From the NCBI GenBank assembly GCA_963796275.1, contig CAWCKY010000006.1, positions 2,368,001-2,432,000 on the forward strand: 64,000 nt of DNA, read 5' to 3'. The DNA is from an uncultured Acidobacteriota bacterium. GTDB taxonomy: Bacteria > Acidobacteriota > Blastocatellia > RBC074. Under the pieces are notes generated by a model. It saw nothing but the letters and a program-made list of their open reading frames with translations, was not told where the DNA came from and made no database searches. Positions 37,209 through 49,028 of the stretch are shown here, piece by piece (the first letter of the stretch is position 1; every line of letters starts with the position of its first letter). The position numbers were made by a program, and so were the translations under genes.

Positions 37209-38423
37209 GTGAGTGCTCGGAGCCAATATGTTTCCGTCGATACTTACACGCGCTACGAGTTGCTCGCACCAGAAACCAATAGTTTCCGTATCTTTTACGA
37301 AGTAACCGAGACCACGCCCGGGGCGGCGTTTCATTTCAACATCATCCGGCCCGGGAGCGAAGCCTCGGATGAATCGGTCTATGATCTGGCCACAAGCAAG
37401 CCCCTCAAGTTTGAGGTCGTCACCGGCGCACAGGCCAAAACCGATTCACCCAAGCGAAATTTCAATCCCACGGCTCAGTACATCAAAGTACACCTCGCGC
37501 ATCCTGTCCCGGCGCGAGGCGAATACCGGTTGCGCATCGATAAAACTTACAAAGATAAACAGAGCTATTATGCCGACGGCGACCGCATCGTCTTCAAACG
37601 TGGGCTGGGCATTCCGCGAAACAGCGTTGTCTTGCCTGCCGGCTACGAGATCGTCTCGTCGTCTGTTGCGGCGCAAGCAATCCCGGAACCGGATGGCCGG
37701 CTTAATCTCGCCTTCGTCAACCCTGGGAGCGGCGGCCAGTTGGAAGTAGAGATAGTCGCGCGCCGGCTGCCAGTTTCCACTGCTAAACCCGAAAAGCAAG
37801 TCGCAGGGAAAACCGGTTCTCCCTCTGGGCAACCAACTGCGGCGACAAAAAGTATGGCGATCATCGAGCGGGCCAACCAGGATCGTGAGATTCTCTACGA
37901 ACTTTCCGATCCCTCCACGCACGCCTTCCGCATAACGCACGATTACACCGAACGTCGGGAAGGTGTTAAGCATTATTTCAATGTCGTACGTACGGGCAGT
38001 CGCGTCTCCGATCCGGAGAGCATCGACCTCGATAGCGGTGAGAATCTGAAATGGGACACCCTCAAGGGCAAGCAAATAAAAGAGCGCAAGCTGCCCCTGC
38101 CTGACGTAAAAGATGATGCCGAAGTGGTCGTCACATTCTTTACGCAGCCTGTGGCCAATGGTGCTTCGGTGCGATTGCGGCTCAAAGAGACATACACCGA
38201 TCCGAAGAGCTATTACCTCGATGGGGACGAACTGATCTGGGATCGAACCTTCGGCCGGTTGCGCAACACGGTCGTGCTGCCGCCGGGTTGGTATCTGGCG
38301 GCGCTCGAATCGCCCGCAACGATTCAAACGCTATCTGATGGACGCGTGTCGGTCTATATCATCAATACTCGCAATGATGATGTGCGGGTCTATCTGCGTG
38401 CCCGCCGCCGTGCCGCTCGTTGA
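37209..38423 (+). CDS. hypothetical secreted protein with two homologous domains (true start probably ~37118)
   Basis: Repeated YEL..P....FRI...FN..R.GS..SD and TY.D..SYY.DGD...RN.VVLP.G; signal-like SAKIFLFACCTLLICTV lies in frame upstream. Confidence 0.8.
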   Translation: MSARSQYVSVDTYTRYELLAPETNSFRIFYEVTETTPGAAFHFNIIRPGSEASDESVYDLATSKPLKFEVVTGAQAKTDSPKRNFNPTAQYIKVHLAHPVPARGEYRLRIDKTYKDKQSYYADGDRIVFKRGLGIPRNSVVLPAGYEIVSSSVAAQAIPEPDGRLNLAFVNPGSGGQLEVEIVARRLPVSTAKPEKQVAGKTGSPSGQPTAATKSMAIIERANQDREILYELSDPSTHAFRITHDYTERREGVKHYFNVVRTGSRVSDPESIDLDSGENLKWDTLKGKQIKERKLPLPDVKDDAEVVVTFFTQPVANGASVRLRLKETYTDPKSYYLDGDELIWDRTFGRLRNTVVLPPGWYLAALESPATIQTLSDGRVSVYIINTRNDDVRVYLRARRRAAR

Positions 38424-38883
38424 TCAGGATATTCAGCATCACGACCTTCTTTGGGTTCACGCGGGGATCGTTGTTTGGATCATCCGACGTAATCATTCGG
38501 CCTTCACTCACACGGCAGCGCGATGATTGGGCATTCGAACAATACTGTCACCATCTCTTGAAAGAACTGATATAGACGCAATCGCTCACAGAACGCTCGG
38601 GCGGCTCTCTGACGAACACGTTTAAGAAAAAGAACTGGCAGCACTGCTGATGGAGGAGGGCTTCACTGAACTCGGAACGTATCAGACGCAGTGTCATCCC
38701 GACAAGTTCGAGTTTTTCGTCTCGGCGCTTAGCGGTTCGCCGGGCGCCCGTGAGCAACACCTGCGGCGCCTTTTGATTTTCATAAGTTTCAGGGGAATGC
38801 AGTGAATGAAGACGTTTCTGCAATCGGTGCAAATTCCCAACATCGAGGCGTCCAAAATTTGCCACTGAACGACCGATAAAACG

Positions 38884-40362
38884 ATGAACAAAATTTGGAT
38901 GAGTTGTCTGCTACTCCTGGGGATGAGTCACGCGGTGTTGGCGCAGACTGGCAAGTCGTCTGACGCAAAACCGCCCAATTATCTTTTCATCGCGATAGAT
39001 GATTTGAATGATTGGGTCGGGTGTTTGGGCGGGCATCCACAGGTTAAGACGCCAAACATTGACAGGCTCGCAGCGCGTGGGACGCTCTTTGCCAACGCGC
39101 ACACCCAGGCTCCGCTCTGCAACCCGTCGCGCGTCAGCTTGCTCACCGGGATGCGCCCTTCGACGACCGGCGTTTACGCGCTGCAACCGAAGTTACGAAA
39201 TGTGGCGTCGCTGAAGGATGCGACGACGTTGCCGCAGACGCTTCAGGGTAGCGGTTACCGCACGCTGGGAGCAGGCAAAATCTTCCATGACAGCATGTCG
39301 GCGGCCGAACTCGCGCGCGAATTCGACGAGTGGGGCGAGGTCGAAAGGTATAAAAACGCGCCAGCTGGAAAATTCGTCATGACGCCCGACAAGAACAAGC
39401 TGATGGATTGGGGGCCATTCCCTGAAAAGGACTCCGATCACGATGACTGGAAGGTCGCCGATTGGGCGATCGAGCAGCTCAAGACAAAACCTCCGCAGCC
39501 TTTCTTTCTGGCCGTGGGACTGCGGCTGCCGCACGTGCCGCTTTATGCGCCGCAAAAGTGGTTCGATCTTTATCCCGATGACAAATTGGCGATGCCGCCG
39601 ATCAAAGCCGGCGACCGAGCCGACACGCCCGAATTCGCCTGGTATTTGCACTGGAAACTTCCCGAGCCTCGCCTGTCGTGGTTGCAGACAAATAATCAGT
39701 GGCGGCCGATGGTACGCGGATATCTGGCGACGATCAGTTTTATGGACGCGCAGGTCGGGCGGTTGCTCTCCGCGCTGGAAGCGAGCGGTTTGAATGACAA
39801 CACCATCGTCATCCTGTGGTCTGATCATGGATGGCATCTAGGCGAGAAGGGAATCAGCGGCAAGAACTCGCTCTGGGAACGCTCGACTCGTGTTCCGCTC
39901 GTTTTTGCGGGGCCGGGCATAGCCCGCGGCGCGCGCTGCGACCGGCCGGTTGAATTGCTCGACCTCTACCCTACGCTGCTGGAATTGAGCGGCTTGCCGC
40001 CGAAAGATGGGCTTGAAGGCCACAGCCTGGCGCCACTGCTTAAAAAGGCCAGCGCTAAGCGCGCCTGGCCCGCGATCTCGACGCACAACCGCGATAATCA
40101 CACGGTGCGAAGCGAGCGTTGGCGATACATCCGCTACGCTGACGGTTCCGAAGAACTTTACGATCACCGCCGCGACCCGAATGAATGGACGAACCTGGCG
40201 CGCGATCCGAGCTATGTCAGAGTGATCGCCGAGCACCGGCGTTGGTTGCCAAAAGTAAACGCTCCACCGGTCGCGGGCAGCGCGGTCCGGCTTCTAGTCA
40301 ATGAAAACGGCGTGTGGATGTGGGAAGGGAAGCCGATTCGCCAAGCAGACAAAGAGCCTTGA
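38884..40362 (+). CDS. sulfatase (iduronate-2-/choline-sulfatase-like)
   Basis: IAIDDLN, CNPSR, GKIFH, SDHGWHLGEK. Confidence 0.93.
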   Translation: MNKIWMSCLLLLGMSHAVLAQTGKSSDAKPPNYLFIAIDDLNDWVGCLGGHPQVKTPNIDRLAARGTLFANAHTQAPLCNPSRVSLLTGMRPSTTGVYALQPKLRNVASLKDATTLPQTLQGSGYRTLGAGKIFHDSMSAAELAREFDEWGEVERYKNAPAGKFVMTPDKNKLMDWGPFPEKDSDHDDWKVADWAIEQLKTKPPQPFFLAVGLRLPHVPLYAPQKWFDLYPDDKLAMPPIKAGDRADTPEFAWYLHWKLPEPRLSWLQTNNQWRPMVRGYLATISFMDAQVGRLLSALEASGLNDNTIVILWSDHGWHLGEKGISGKNSLWERSTRVPLVFAGPGIARGARCDRPVELLDLYPTLLELSGLPPKDGLEGHSLAPLLKKASAKRAWPAISTHNRDNHTVRSERWRYIRYADGSEELYDHRRDPNEWTNLARDPSYVRVIAEHRRWLPKVNAPPVAGSAVRLLVNENGVWMWEGKPIRQADKEP

Positions 40363-40654
40363 GGAATAGCGACGAGACATGCGATTAAATCGGCTCGCGG
40401 CCCGGAAACACCAAGTAGGGCTGTTGGTCAATATTTTCATGGGCGCGACCTTGAAATCGGCTGCGTATCCTGACTGCGTCACATAAGGAAAAATCGGTGC
40501 GACAGCTGTAATTAGTGGATGGATCGAGGCAAGAGTTATAAAATCTCGACCGCGATTCACACGGAAGCAAATAATCAATCAATTCACAACCCAAACGCGC
40601 AGCCGCCATATTAAGAGACTGTGGCAAGGCGACAAGCGCTGGCGAGGTGATGCA

Positions 40655-42133
40655 ATGGTGAAAACAATCTTTCTGGTGCTCTGCGCGGCGGTCGCGGTAA
40701 TTCCGCTTGATGCGACGGGACAACGCACGCCAATACGCAAGCCCAACATCCTGTTCCTCTTTGCCGACGATATGCGTGCCGACACCATCGCAGCGCACGG
40801 CAACCCGCACATCAGAACGCCGAACCTGGACGGTCTTGTCCGCAGGGGCTTCAGCTTCCGCGGCAATTACATTTTTGGAGGGAACAGCGGCGCAGTCTGC
40901 GTCCCGAGCCGGGCGATGCTGATGAGCGGCAAGACCTGGTTCAAAGTGGATGCGCCAACGCTCAACGGGGCGCGATTGGCGCCGGAAGTGCTGGGGGAAA
41001 ACGGCTACGCCACATTCGCCACGGGCAAATGGCACAACGGCCAGCCCTCGTGGCTGCGCGCCTTTCAGAGTGGAAAAGCCGTGATGTTCGGCGGGATGTC
41101 GGATCATACAAAAGTCCCGGTGCGAGACCTCGGCCCTGACGGCAAGCTGACGGAAGTTCGCACGGGCGCAAAGTTTTCCAGTGAGATGTTCGCTGACGCC
41201 GCGATCGAGTTTTTGCAAAGCCACGACGCCCGCAACCCGTTCTTCGCATACATCGCCTTCACCGCGCCACACGATCCTCGGCAACCGCCCGCGGCATATC
41301 GTGAAATGTATTATCGAAACCTGCCGCCCGTTCCCGCGAACTTTCTGCCACAGCTTCCATTTGACAACGGCGCGATGCGCGGCGGCCGCGATGAGAACCT
41401 GGGCGCCTGGCCGCGAACCGAGGCGATGATTCGCGATCAACTGGCCGAGTATTACGGAATGATAACGCATATGGACGAGCAGATCGGGCGGATTCTCGCG
41501 GCGCTCGAAAAATCCGGCCAGGCCAGAAACACGATCATTATCTTCGCCGCCGATAACGGGCTCGCCCTCGGCAGTCACGGTTTGTTGGGCAAGCAAAGCG
41601 TCTTCGAGCACAGCATGCGCGTTCCACTGATCCTCGTCGGCCCTGGCATCCCGCGCGGGAAATCCACGCGGGCGTTCACTTACCTGATCGACGTTTTCCC
41701 GACCCTTTGTGACGTGACCGGAATCGCGCCTCCATCGGGGTTGGAAGGCGAGAGCTTGCGTCCATTGTGGGAAGGCAAAAAAGCCAGCGTGCGTGATTCG
41801 GTTTTTCTGCCGTACATCGAGATTCAACGCGCGGTGCGAGATGAACGCTGGAAACTGATCGCTTATCCGAAGATCGGCCACTTGCAATTGTTCGATTTGC
41901 AAACCGATCCGCACGAGACGACCAATTTGATTGATCGTCCGCAATCCGCCAAACACGTCTCGCGCTTGATGGGGTTGATGAAACATTGGCAGGCGCGGGT
42001 CGGCGATACCCTCGAACTTCCCACGGAAAACAGACAACCACCCGGAATTGACCTGAAGGGGCGAGAGCGTAAGCCCGACCAATGGCAACCGGAATGGATC
42101 GTGAAAAAGTATTTTGGAGACTCCTCTCAATGA
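40655..42133 (+). CDS. sulfatase
   Basis: PNILFLFADD, CVPSR, GKWH. Confidence 0.93.
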   Translation: MVKTIFLVLCAAVAVIPLDATGQRTPIRKPNILFLFADDMRADTIAAHGNPHIRTPNLDGLVRRGFSFRGNYIFGGNSGAVCVPSRAMLMSGKTWFKVDAPTLNGARLAPEVLGENGYATFATGKWHNGQPSWLRAFQSGKAVMFGGMSDHTKVPVRDLGPDGKLTEVRTGAKFSSEMFADAAIEFLQSHDARNPFFAYIAFTAPHDPRQPPAAYREMYYRNLPPVPANFLPQLPFDNGAMRGGRDENLGAWPRTEAMIRDQLAEYYGMITHMDEQIGRILAALEKSGQARNTIIIFAADNGLALGSHGLLGKQSVFEHSMRVPLILVGPGIPRGKSTRAFTYLIDVFPTLCDVTGIAPPSGLEGESLRPLWEGKKASVRDSVFLPYIEIQRAVRDERWKLIAYPKIGHLQLFDLQTDPHETTNLIDRPQSAKHVSRLMGLMKHWQARVGDTLELPTENRQPPGIDLKGRERKPDQWQPEWIVKKYFGDSSQ

Positions 42134-43626
42134 AAAGAATGGCACGTGCCCGTTTTATGATTTACGCGTTGCTGCTCGGCGTGGGAATCGTTGGATGGGC
42201 GACGCCGACTGGCTCTGCGCAGGCGCCCGCGGCCCGTCCGAATGTCGTCCTTATCATCGCCGATGATCTGGCCTGGGATGACATCGGCGCCTACGGCAAT
42301 AAAAAGATTCGCACGCCCAATATTGATCGGTTGGCGCGCGAAGGGCTGAAATTTACCAGCGCCTTCGTCACGATCTCGTCGTGCAGTCCCAGCCGGTCGA
42401 GTCTCATCACCGGGCGCTACCCGCACAACACCGACGCCGAGCAACTGCACTGGCCGTTGCCGGCCGAACAGGTGACGTTTGTGGAGAAACTCAGAGCCGC
42501 GGGTTATTGGACGGCCGCGTCGGGAAAATGGCATTTGGGCGATTATGTCCGCGATCGCTTCGATCTGGTGGATGATCCCGGTGAAGCCGGATTTCAGACC
42601 GATGCGAAAACCGGAAGGATGCTGGCCAAAGATGACAGCGGCGCCGCAGGCTGGCTGCCCACGATGCGGCGGCGACCGAGAGACAAGCCGTTTTTCCTGT
42701 GGTTTGCCGCGCTCGACCCGCATCGCGATTATGTCGAAAACAGCATTCCCAAACCGAATCGCCCGGCGGACGTGATTGTCCCGCCCTATCTGCCGGACAC
42801 GCTCGAAGTCCGAAAAGAACTAGCGCTTTACTACGACGAAATCACGCGCCTCGATAATTACGTTGGGAAAGTCATTGCTGAGCTCGAACAACAGGGAGTG
42901 GCCGATAACACGCTGGTCTTGTTTATAAGCGATAATGGCAGACCGTTTCCGCGCGCGAAAACATCGCTGTACGAAAGCGGGATCAAAACGCCCTTGATAG
43001 CGCGCTGGCCCAAGAAGATTGGGCGCGGCGGTGTGGCCGATGGCCTGGTCAGCAGCGTCGACATCGCGCCGACGATTCTACAACTGGCTGGGGTACCGAT
43101 TCCACCGACCGTGCAAGGCAAAAGCTTCGCGGCGATCCTGAATGACCCGAAAGCGACGACACGCGACGCGATCTACGCTGAGAAGAACTGGCACGATTAC
43201 GAAGATCGGGCGCGTGCTGTTCGCACAGCTCGCTATAAATACATACGCAATGATTATCCCGATCTACCGCTGACGACTTCGGCTGATTCGGGACGCAGCC
43301 CGACGATGGACGCTATTCGCCGTCTGCGCGGTGAGGGCAGGCTGACGCAGGAACAATCCCGCATCTTCCAGACGCCCCGCCCGCCGGAGGAGCTTTACGA
43401 CGTCATCGCCGACCCGCACGAGTTTAAAAATCTGGCGGAGGACCCGCGCCACGCGCAAACGCTCGCCGAACTGCGTGAGAAACTGAATCAATGGGGGCGC
43501 GAAACCGATGACCGCATGCCTGCCAAGCGTACGCCGGATGAATTTGACCGGGAGACCGGGCAGCCATTGCCGACTCGGCGCCGCCCGCGTCCTGGCAAAC
43601 TGGAAATGTATTCGGCCCCCAAATAA
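42130..43626 (+). CDS. sulfatase (sulfamidase-like)
   Basis: ATGA coupling; PNVVLIIADD, CSPSR, PPYLPDT, SDNG.PFPRAK. Confidence 0.92.
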   Translation: MKRMARARFMIYALLLGVGIVGWATPTGSAQAPAARPNVVLIIADDLAWDDIGAYGNKKIRTPNIDRLAREGLKFTSAFVTISSCSPSRSSLITGRYPHNTDAEQLHWPLPAEQVTFVEKLRAAGYWTAASGKWHLGDYVRDRFDLVDDPGEAGFQTDAKTGRMLAKDDSGAAGWLPTMRRRPRDKPFFLWFAALDPHRDYVENSIPKPNRPADVIVPPYLPDTLEVRKELALYYDEITRLDNYVGKVIAELEQQGVADNTLVLFISDNGRPFPRAKTSLYESGIKTPLIARWPKKIGRGGVADGLVSSVDIAPTILQLAGVPIPPTVQGKSFAAILNDPKATTRDAIYAEKNWHDYEDRARAVRTARYKYIRNDYPDLPLTTSADSGRSPTMDAIRRLRGEGRLTQEQSRIFQTPRPPEELYDVIADPHEFKNLAEDPRHAQTLAELREKLNQWGRETDDRMPAKRTPDEFDRETGQPLPTRRRPRPGKLEMYSAPK

Positions 43627-43737
43627 TTCGAATGACACGGCAGTTCGTGTTGAAAGTATTCAATCAGACTGAAGTTCCGCCCGGGATGGGACCCGGGATG
43701 GTACATAAATTGAAACTTCGATGAAGGAGACCGAAAA

Positions 43738-44019
43738 ATGTTGGTAGTCGCAGTTCTCTATGAAATCAAACCTGAGTACCGTGAAGCCTTCCGCGACGCG
43801 ATCTTGAAGAATGCCGCCTCGAGTCTGCGGGACGAACCGGAATGCCATCGCTTTGACGTTAGCTTTTCGCCCGATGGGTTGCGGTGCTTTCTGTATGAAC
43901 TTTATACCGACGAAGTGGCGTTCGATTACCACCGGCGAACGAAACACTTCGCCGAATTCAACCAGGTTGGGCAGGAGGCGGCGGTGGGCAAGCGCTTTGA
44001 GACGTTTGCGCTGAGCTGA
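43738..44019 (+). CDS. antibiotic biosynthesis monooxygenase (ABM/LsrG-like) protein
   Basis: SLRDEPECHRFDV, FLYELY, HRRTKHF; AAGGAG RBS. Confidence 0.85.
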   Translation: MLVVAVLYEIKPEYREAFRDAILKNAASSLRDEPECHRFDVSFSPDGLRCFLYELYTDEVAFDYHRRTKHFAEFNQVGQEAAVGKRFETFALS

Positions 44020-44472
44020 GATCGGCTGTGGCCAAACAGATTTTATCGGCTATACATATTTCACCTGAATCCAGGCGTGACTGAGGAGGTCGGTGTATCA
44101 TTCGCGGCCAGATGCCGGAAGAGTGGCGACTAGGGACAACTGCGTCGGGTGGCGATTGCACGACGGAGTATGCGTTGATGCGACTTTTTATCCGGGAAGC
44201 TGACCACGCCGTGACGGTGGAGCATATCGCAGCGACGCCGCGGTTGCTTTGATTGAACGGAGGCAATCTCAGAGACCGTAAGCGCGAGTCAAGAGAGCGA
44301 TGAGTCCCGCATGGAGAATGGGGATTTGAGGCTTTCGCACCTGACGCACGACTTGCTGATGTTTGACGGCCGGGCTAAAGCCGGCTGATACGCTGAATAA
44401 CGCTATAGCCAGGACGATCAATGGCTGTATAATCCGCAACAATAATTCCGATTCAATTTCTGTGAGTGTGAT

Positions 44473-47400
44473 ATGAGACTGCTGAAACTGTGCGTGAGTC
44501 TGCTGTTGCTCGCTTTCGTGATTTGTGCGGTTGGGGGTGCGCCGCGCCTGACCGCGGGGGCGGCGCAAGACGTTCGATTTAACCGGGACATCCGCCCGTT
44601 GCTGTCAAACCGCTGTTTTTATTGTCATGGGCCGGATGAGAAGAACCGCAAGGCGGGATTACGGCTCGACACCTTCGAAGGCGCTACGAAAGATCGCGGC
44701 GGGTATCGTGCCATCGCGCCGGGCAAGCCGGACGAAAGCGAGCTGTTGCGCCGCGTCACAGCGCACGACGCCGGCGAGGTGATGCCGCCGCCACGGGCGA
44801 AGAAACCCGCCGTCACGCCGCAGGAAGCCGAGTTGCTGCGACGCTGGATAGCGCAGGGTGCGAAATACGAGGGGCACTGGGCCTTTCAACCGCTCGCTAC
44901 CGCTGAACCCCCGGTAGTGAAAGACAAGCAATGGGCGCGCAATGAAATTGATCGTTTCATTCTGGCGCGGCTGGAAGGTGAAGGTATTGCCCCCTCGCCC
45001 GAAGCCGACCCTCGCACGCTCATCCGACGATTGTCCCTGGATCTGATCGGTCTGACGCCGCAGCCGGAGGAGGTCGAGGCTTTTGTTAAAGCATACAGTA
45101 AAGCCAGTGGGCGCGACCGGGAGGCGATTTATAACGCGCTCGTCGAACGATTGCTCGGTAGCCCGCATTACGGAGAACGCTGGGGCCGCCACTGGCTCGA
45201 CCAGGCACGCTATGCCGATTCGAACGGCTATACGATTGACGGCGAGCGAGTGATGTGGCCGTACCGCGATTGGGTGATCAACGCGCTTAATGACGACCTG
45301 CCGTTTGACCGCTTCACCATCGAACAGCTTGCCGGCGACCTGTTGCATAACCCTACAAAATCGCAACTCGTGGCGACCGGATTTCACCGCAACACGTTTA
45401 TCAACGAAGAAGGCGGCGTAGACCGCGAACAGGCGCGCGTCGAGCAGGTGATGGATCGCGTCAACACGACAGGCGCGGTCTGGCTGGGGTTGACGGTGGG
45501 TTGCGCGCAATGCCACACGCACAAGTTCGATCCGATTCCACACAAAGAATATTACCAACTCTTCGCCTTCTTCAATTCGACCGCCGACGTGAACAATGTC
45601 GGCCCCACTGTGATGGTCAAGCGCGGCGAACTGTTCGGCAAGCCAGATGGGGAAGACGCGCTCGCCCAGAGAGAATTGCAGCAGGAGGCGTGGGAGCGGA
45701 CTGAGATATCCCGATTGGAGGCAAGCCCGCGTGTAAAATCAACGGCCTCCGCCGTCGAATGGATTCCGCTCGACATCATCGAATTCGACACCGAGGCAAA
45801 CGGCGCGTTGAAAATGCTCGAAGATCGTTCTCTGCTCATCGCTTCGCCCGCATCGCCGAACGACGCGTATCGCGTGCTGGGCCGCATCCCATCGCCGCGC
45901 GTCGCCGCCGTGCGCTTGCGCGTCTTGCCGCACGAAGCGTTGCCGAAGAACGGGCCGGGGCTGGCGGCCGACGGCGCCTTCGTTCTTTCGGAATTCATGT
46001 GCGAAACGGAAGGTTCGGGTCAGAGATTTGCCGACGCTTTCGCCGACCACGAACAGAGCGGCTATGCAGCGCGCGCGGCTATTGACAATGATCGCCGTAC
46101 AGGCTGGGCCGTCAATGTGGCCAAAGACGAAGCCGCTGTACGGATGAATGCACCGCACGAAGTCATCTTCACTTTTGCGCGGCCGCGTGAGTTCGCCAGT
46201 CGCAACTTACAATTCACCCTCAGGCACGATGCCAACGCCGGGTATGCCATAGGGTGCTTTGCTATCGAAGTCGCCGCTGAATCGCCGCGCGATGAACGTG
46301 CGGTAGCGTTGCTGGCCGCGCTCAAAACACCCGCCTCGACGCGAACGCCGGAACAGCGCGCGCAGGTCGACGCAGCCCTCGCTTCAGCGCGCACGACCAG
46401 GGGGATGACGGCGGGCAATCCTGCGTTTGCGATGGTGATGAGGGATATCATGGAGCCGCGTGAGACCTTTCTGTTCACGCGCGGCGACTTCACGCGTCCT
46501 GATAAAACGCTCGGCCGGCTCGAACCCGGCGTACTCAGCGCGGTCGCGCCCTCTCTGGCGCAAAGCCAGCCGGAATCCGGCGCGCGTCGTACGCGGCTAG
46601 ACCTGGCCAACTGGCTGGTCAACCCTGCCAATCCCTTGACGTCGCGCGTGACGATCAACCGCATCTGGATGCGTTACTTCGGACGCGGCATTGTGGAGAC
46701 CGAAGAGGATTTCGGCACGCAGGGTTCGCCTCCTACACATCCCGAATTACTCGATTGGCTGGCGAGCGAATTCTTGCGGCGCGGCTGGAGTATGAAGGCG
46801 ATGCACCGTTTGGTCGTCACCAGCGCAACCTACCGTCAATCGTCCGACGCGCGGAAGGACTTGAACGATACCGACCCGCGCAATCTGCTGCTCGCGCGGC
46901 AGGAGCGGTTGCGCGTGGAGGCGGAGATCGTCCGCGACGCTGCCCTCGGCGCCAGCGGCCTGCTCGACGCGCGCATTGGCGGAGCTGGCGTGCGTCCGCC
47001 GCAACCGGATGGCGTCTATGCTTTCACGCAGGTCAAAAAGAACTGGGTGGCGGCTGCTGGCGGAGATCGGTTCCGCCGTGCACTTTATACGGTCTTTTAT
47101 CGCAGCGCGCCCTATCCGCTCTTCACGACCTTCGACTCGCCCGACTTCCAGACCGTCTGCACGCGACGCCCGCGTTCGAACACGCCGCTGCAATCGCTCA
47201 CGTTGGCGAACGATCCGGCCTTTCTGGAGATAGCGCAGGGGTTGGCCGCGCGCCTAGTGCGCGATGCGCCGGGCGATTTCACGGCCACCCTTGATGCACG
47301 CCTGCGCCACGCGTTTGTATTGTGTTTCAGTCGCCCGCCCGATTCTGGGGAATTGAACGCACTGCGTGGGTATATCGATCGGCAGCTTCGCAGTTTTGAG

Positions 47401-47535
47401 GGTGAGCCTGCCGGAGCCGCGACGCTCGCCAGCCGGGAATTAAAGGCTGCTGGATTGACGGAAGCGCAAGCCGCCGCGCTCGCCGCAGCGGCCCGCGTGC
47501 TATTCAACACGGACAACTTCATCACACGAGAATAA
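44473..47535 (+). CDS. planctomycete cytochrome c + DUF1549/DUF1553 (PSCyt2/PSD1) protein
   Basis: [47 protein letters not shown]. Confidence 0.93.
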   Translation: MRLLKLCVSLLLLAFVICAVGGAPRLTAGAAQDVRFNRDIRPLLSNRCFYCHGPDEKNRKAGLRLDTFEGATKDRGGYRAIAPGKPDESELLRRVTAHDAGEVMPPPRAKKPAVTPQEAELLRRWIAQGAKYEGHWAFQPLATAEPPVVKDKQWARNEIDRFILARLEGEGIAPSPEADPRTLIRRLSLDLIGLTPQPEEVEAFVKAYSKASGRDREAIYNALVERLLGSPHYGERWGRHWLDQARYADSNGYTIDGERVMWPYRDWVINALNDDLPFDRFTIEQLAGDLLHNPTKSQLVATGFHRNTFINEEGGVDREQARVEQVMDRVNTTGAVWLGLTVGCAQCHTHKFDPIPHKEYYQLFAFFNSTADVNNVGPTVMVKRGELFGKPDGEDALAQRELQQEAWERTEISRLEASPRVKSTASAVEWIPLDIIEFDTEANGALKMLEDRSLLIASPASPNDAYRVLGRIPSPRVAAVRLRVLPHEALPKNGPGLAADGAFVLSEFMCETEGSGQRFADAFADHEQSGYAARAAIDNDRRTGWAVNVAKDEAAVRMNAPHEVIFTFARPREFASRNLQFTLRHDANAGYAIGCFAIEVAAESPRDERAVALLAALKTPASTRTPEQRAQVDAALASARTTRGMTAGNPAFAMVMRDIMEPRETFLFTRGDFTRPDKTLGRLEPGVLSAVAPSLAQSQPESGARRTRLDLANWLVNPANPLTSRVTINRIWMRYFGRGIVETEEDFGTQGSPPTHPELLDWLASEFLRRGWSMKAMHRLVVTSATYRQSSDARKDLNDTDPRNLLLARQERLRVEAEIVRDAALGASGLLDARIGGAGVRPPQPDGVYAFTQVKKNWVAAAGGDRFRRALYTVFYRSAPYPLFTTFDSPDFQTVCTRRPRSNTPLQSLTLANDPAFLEIAQGLAARLVRDAPGDFTATLDARLRHAFVLCFSRPPDSGELNALRGYIDRQLRSFEGEPAGAATLASRELKAAGLTEAQAAALAAAARVLFNTDNFITRE

Positions 47536-47537
47536 CG

Positions 47538-48980
47538 ATGAATACGAACGACCTGCGGGAGATCACCCGCCGCCATTTCTTCGGGCAGTGCGCCGTGGGC
47601 CTGGGCTCCATCGCGCTCAATTGCTTGCTCGCGCACGATGGCTTGGGCGAGCCGCAGCGCCCGCAAATCGACCCGACCAATCCGATGGCCCCGCGCAAAC
47701 CACCCTCTCCAGCCAGGGCGAAGCGCGTCATCTACCTGTTTATGGCCGGCGGGCCGTCGCAACTGGAGCTCTTTGATGACAAGCCGAAGCTGCGCGAATT
47801 ACACGGACAGAAGCCGCCCGAAAGTTTGATGAAAGGCAAGCGCTTCGCCTTTCTCAAAGGCAACGAAACGTTGCTCGGCTCGAAGCGTAAATTTGAGCGC
47901 TACGGCCAGAGCGGTATGTGGTTGAGCGAATTGTTGCCGCATCATCAAAAGATCGTGGACGAGGTCTGCTGGCTGCGCGGAATGTCCACCGACGTCTTCA
48001 ACCACGGGCCGGCGAAGCTCTTTATGAATACCGGGTTTCAAGCGCCGGGCCGTCCGAGTTTTGGCGCATGGTTGACTTACGGATTGGGGAGCGAATCGGC
48101 GGATCTGCCCGGCTTCGTTGTGCTGCAAAGCGGCCCGCGCGGGCCTCGCGCCGGCGCGACATTGTGGAGCAGCGGCTTTTTGCCGACCTCGTTCCAGGGC
48201 GTACCTTTTCGCGGCAAAGGCGACCCGATCCTCAACCTGCGCAGCCCTGAGGGATTGACGCGCGAGCGGGAGCGCGATTTTTACGATACGGTGGGTGCGC
48301 TTAATCGTGCGCGCTTGGACAAAACCGGCGACCCGGAAATCCAGACGCGGATAAATGCCTACGAGATGGCGTTTCGGATGCAGACCAGTGCGCCGGAACT
48401 GATGGACTTGAGCAAGGAGTCCGCAGCCATGCTGGAGCTTTATGGTGTGAAGCCGGGCGAAGGAGGCTTTGCGGCAAATGCGTTGCTCGCGCGCAGGATG
48501 ATCGAACGCGGCGTACGTTTCGTGCAGCTATACCACACCGACTGGGATCACCACGGCGATAGGGCCAACAACCTCAGCCAGGCTATCGAATCTCGTTGCC
48601 GCGAAGTGGACAGGGCCAGCGCCGCGCTCGTGCTCGATCTCAAACAGCGCGGCTTGCTCGAAGACACGCTGATAATCTGGGGCGGCGAATTTGGGCGCAC
48701 CCCGCTCGGCGAAGTGCGCGAGACCGTGGGCCGCGACCATCACGTGGACGGCTTTACGATGTGGGTTGCCGGCGGCGGGTTCAAAGCTGGCTACGTTCAC
48801 GGGGAGACCGACGAACTAGGCTTCAGTGTAGTGGAAGGCCGAACGCACGTGCATGATCTGCACGCCACGCTGCTGCAGCAACTCGGCTTTGACCATGAAC
48901 GCCTGACCTATCGCTTCCAGGGCCGAGAGTTCCGCCTCACCGATGTCCACGGCAAGATTCTCAAGGAAGCGCTCGCCTGA
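47538..48980 (+). CDS. DUF1501 family protein (Tat)
   Basis: TRRHFF, GGPSQLELFD, WDHH, WGGEFGRTP, FRLTDVHG. Confidence 0.93.
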   Translation: MNTNDLREITRRHFFGQCAVGLGSIALNCLLAHDGLGEPQRPQIDPTNPMAPRKPPSPARAKRVIYLFMAGGPSQLELFDDKPKLRELHGQKPPESLMKGKRFAFLKGNETLLGSKRKFERYGQSGMWLSELLPHHQKIVDEVCWLRGMSTDVFNHGPAKLFMNTGFQAPGRPSFGAWLTYGLGSESADLPGFVVLQSGPRGPRAGATLWSSGFLPTSFQGVPFRGKGDPILNLRSPEGLTRERERDFYDTVGALNRARLDKTGDPEIQTRINAYEMAFRMQTSAPELMDLSKESAAMLELYGVKPGEGGFAANALLARRMIERGVRFVQLYHTDWDHHGDRANNLSQAIESRCREVDRASAALVLDLKQRGLLEDTLIIWGGEFGRTPLGEVRETVGRDHHVDGFTMWVAGGGFKAGYVHGETDELGFSVVEGRTHVHDLHATLLQQLGFDHERLTYRFQGREFRLTDVHGKILKEALA

Positions 48981-49028
48981 CCGTACCAGGCGCTTCAACT
49001 AAAGAGAGAGACAGTTAGAGAGACAGCA

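Noticed and set aside
40385-42145. Long antisense ORFs (586 aa here; also 5980-7269, 27538-28512, 44659-45558, 52726-53835)
   Set aside because: Shadow ORFs opposite well-supported genes in GC-rich DNA, with no motifs.
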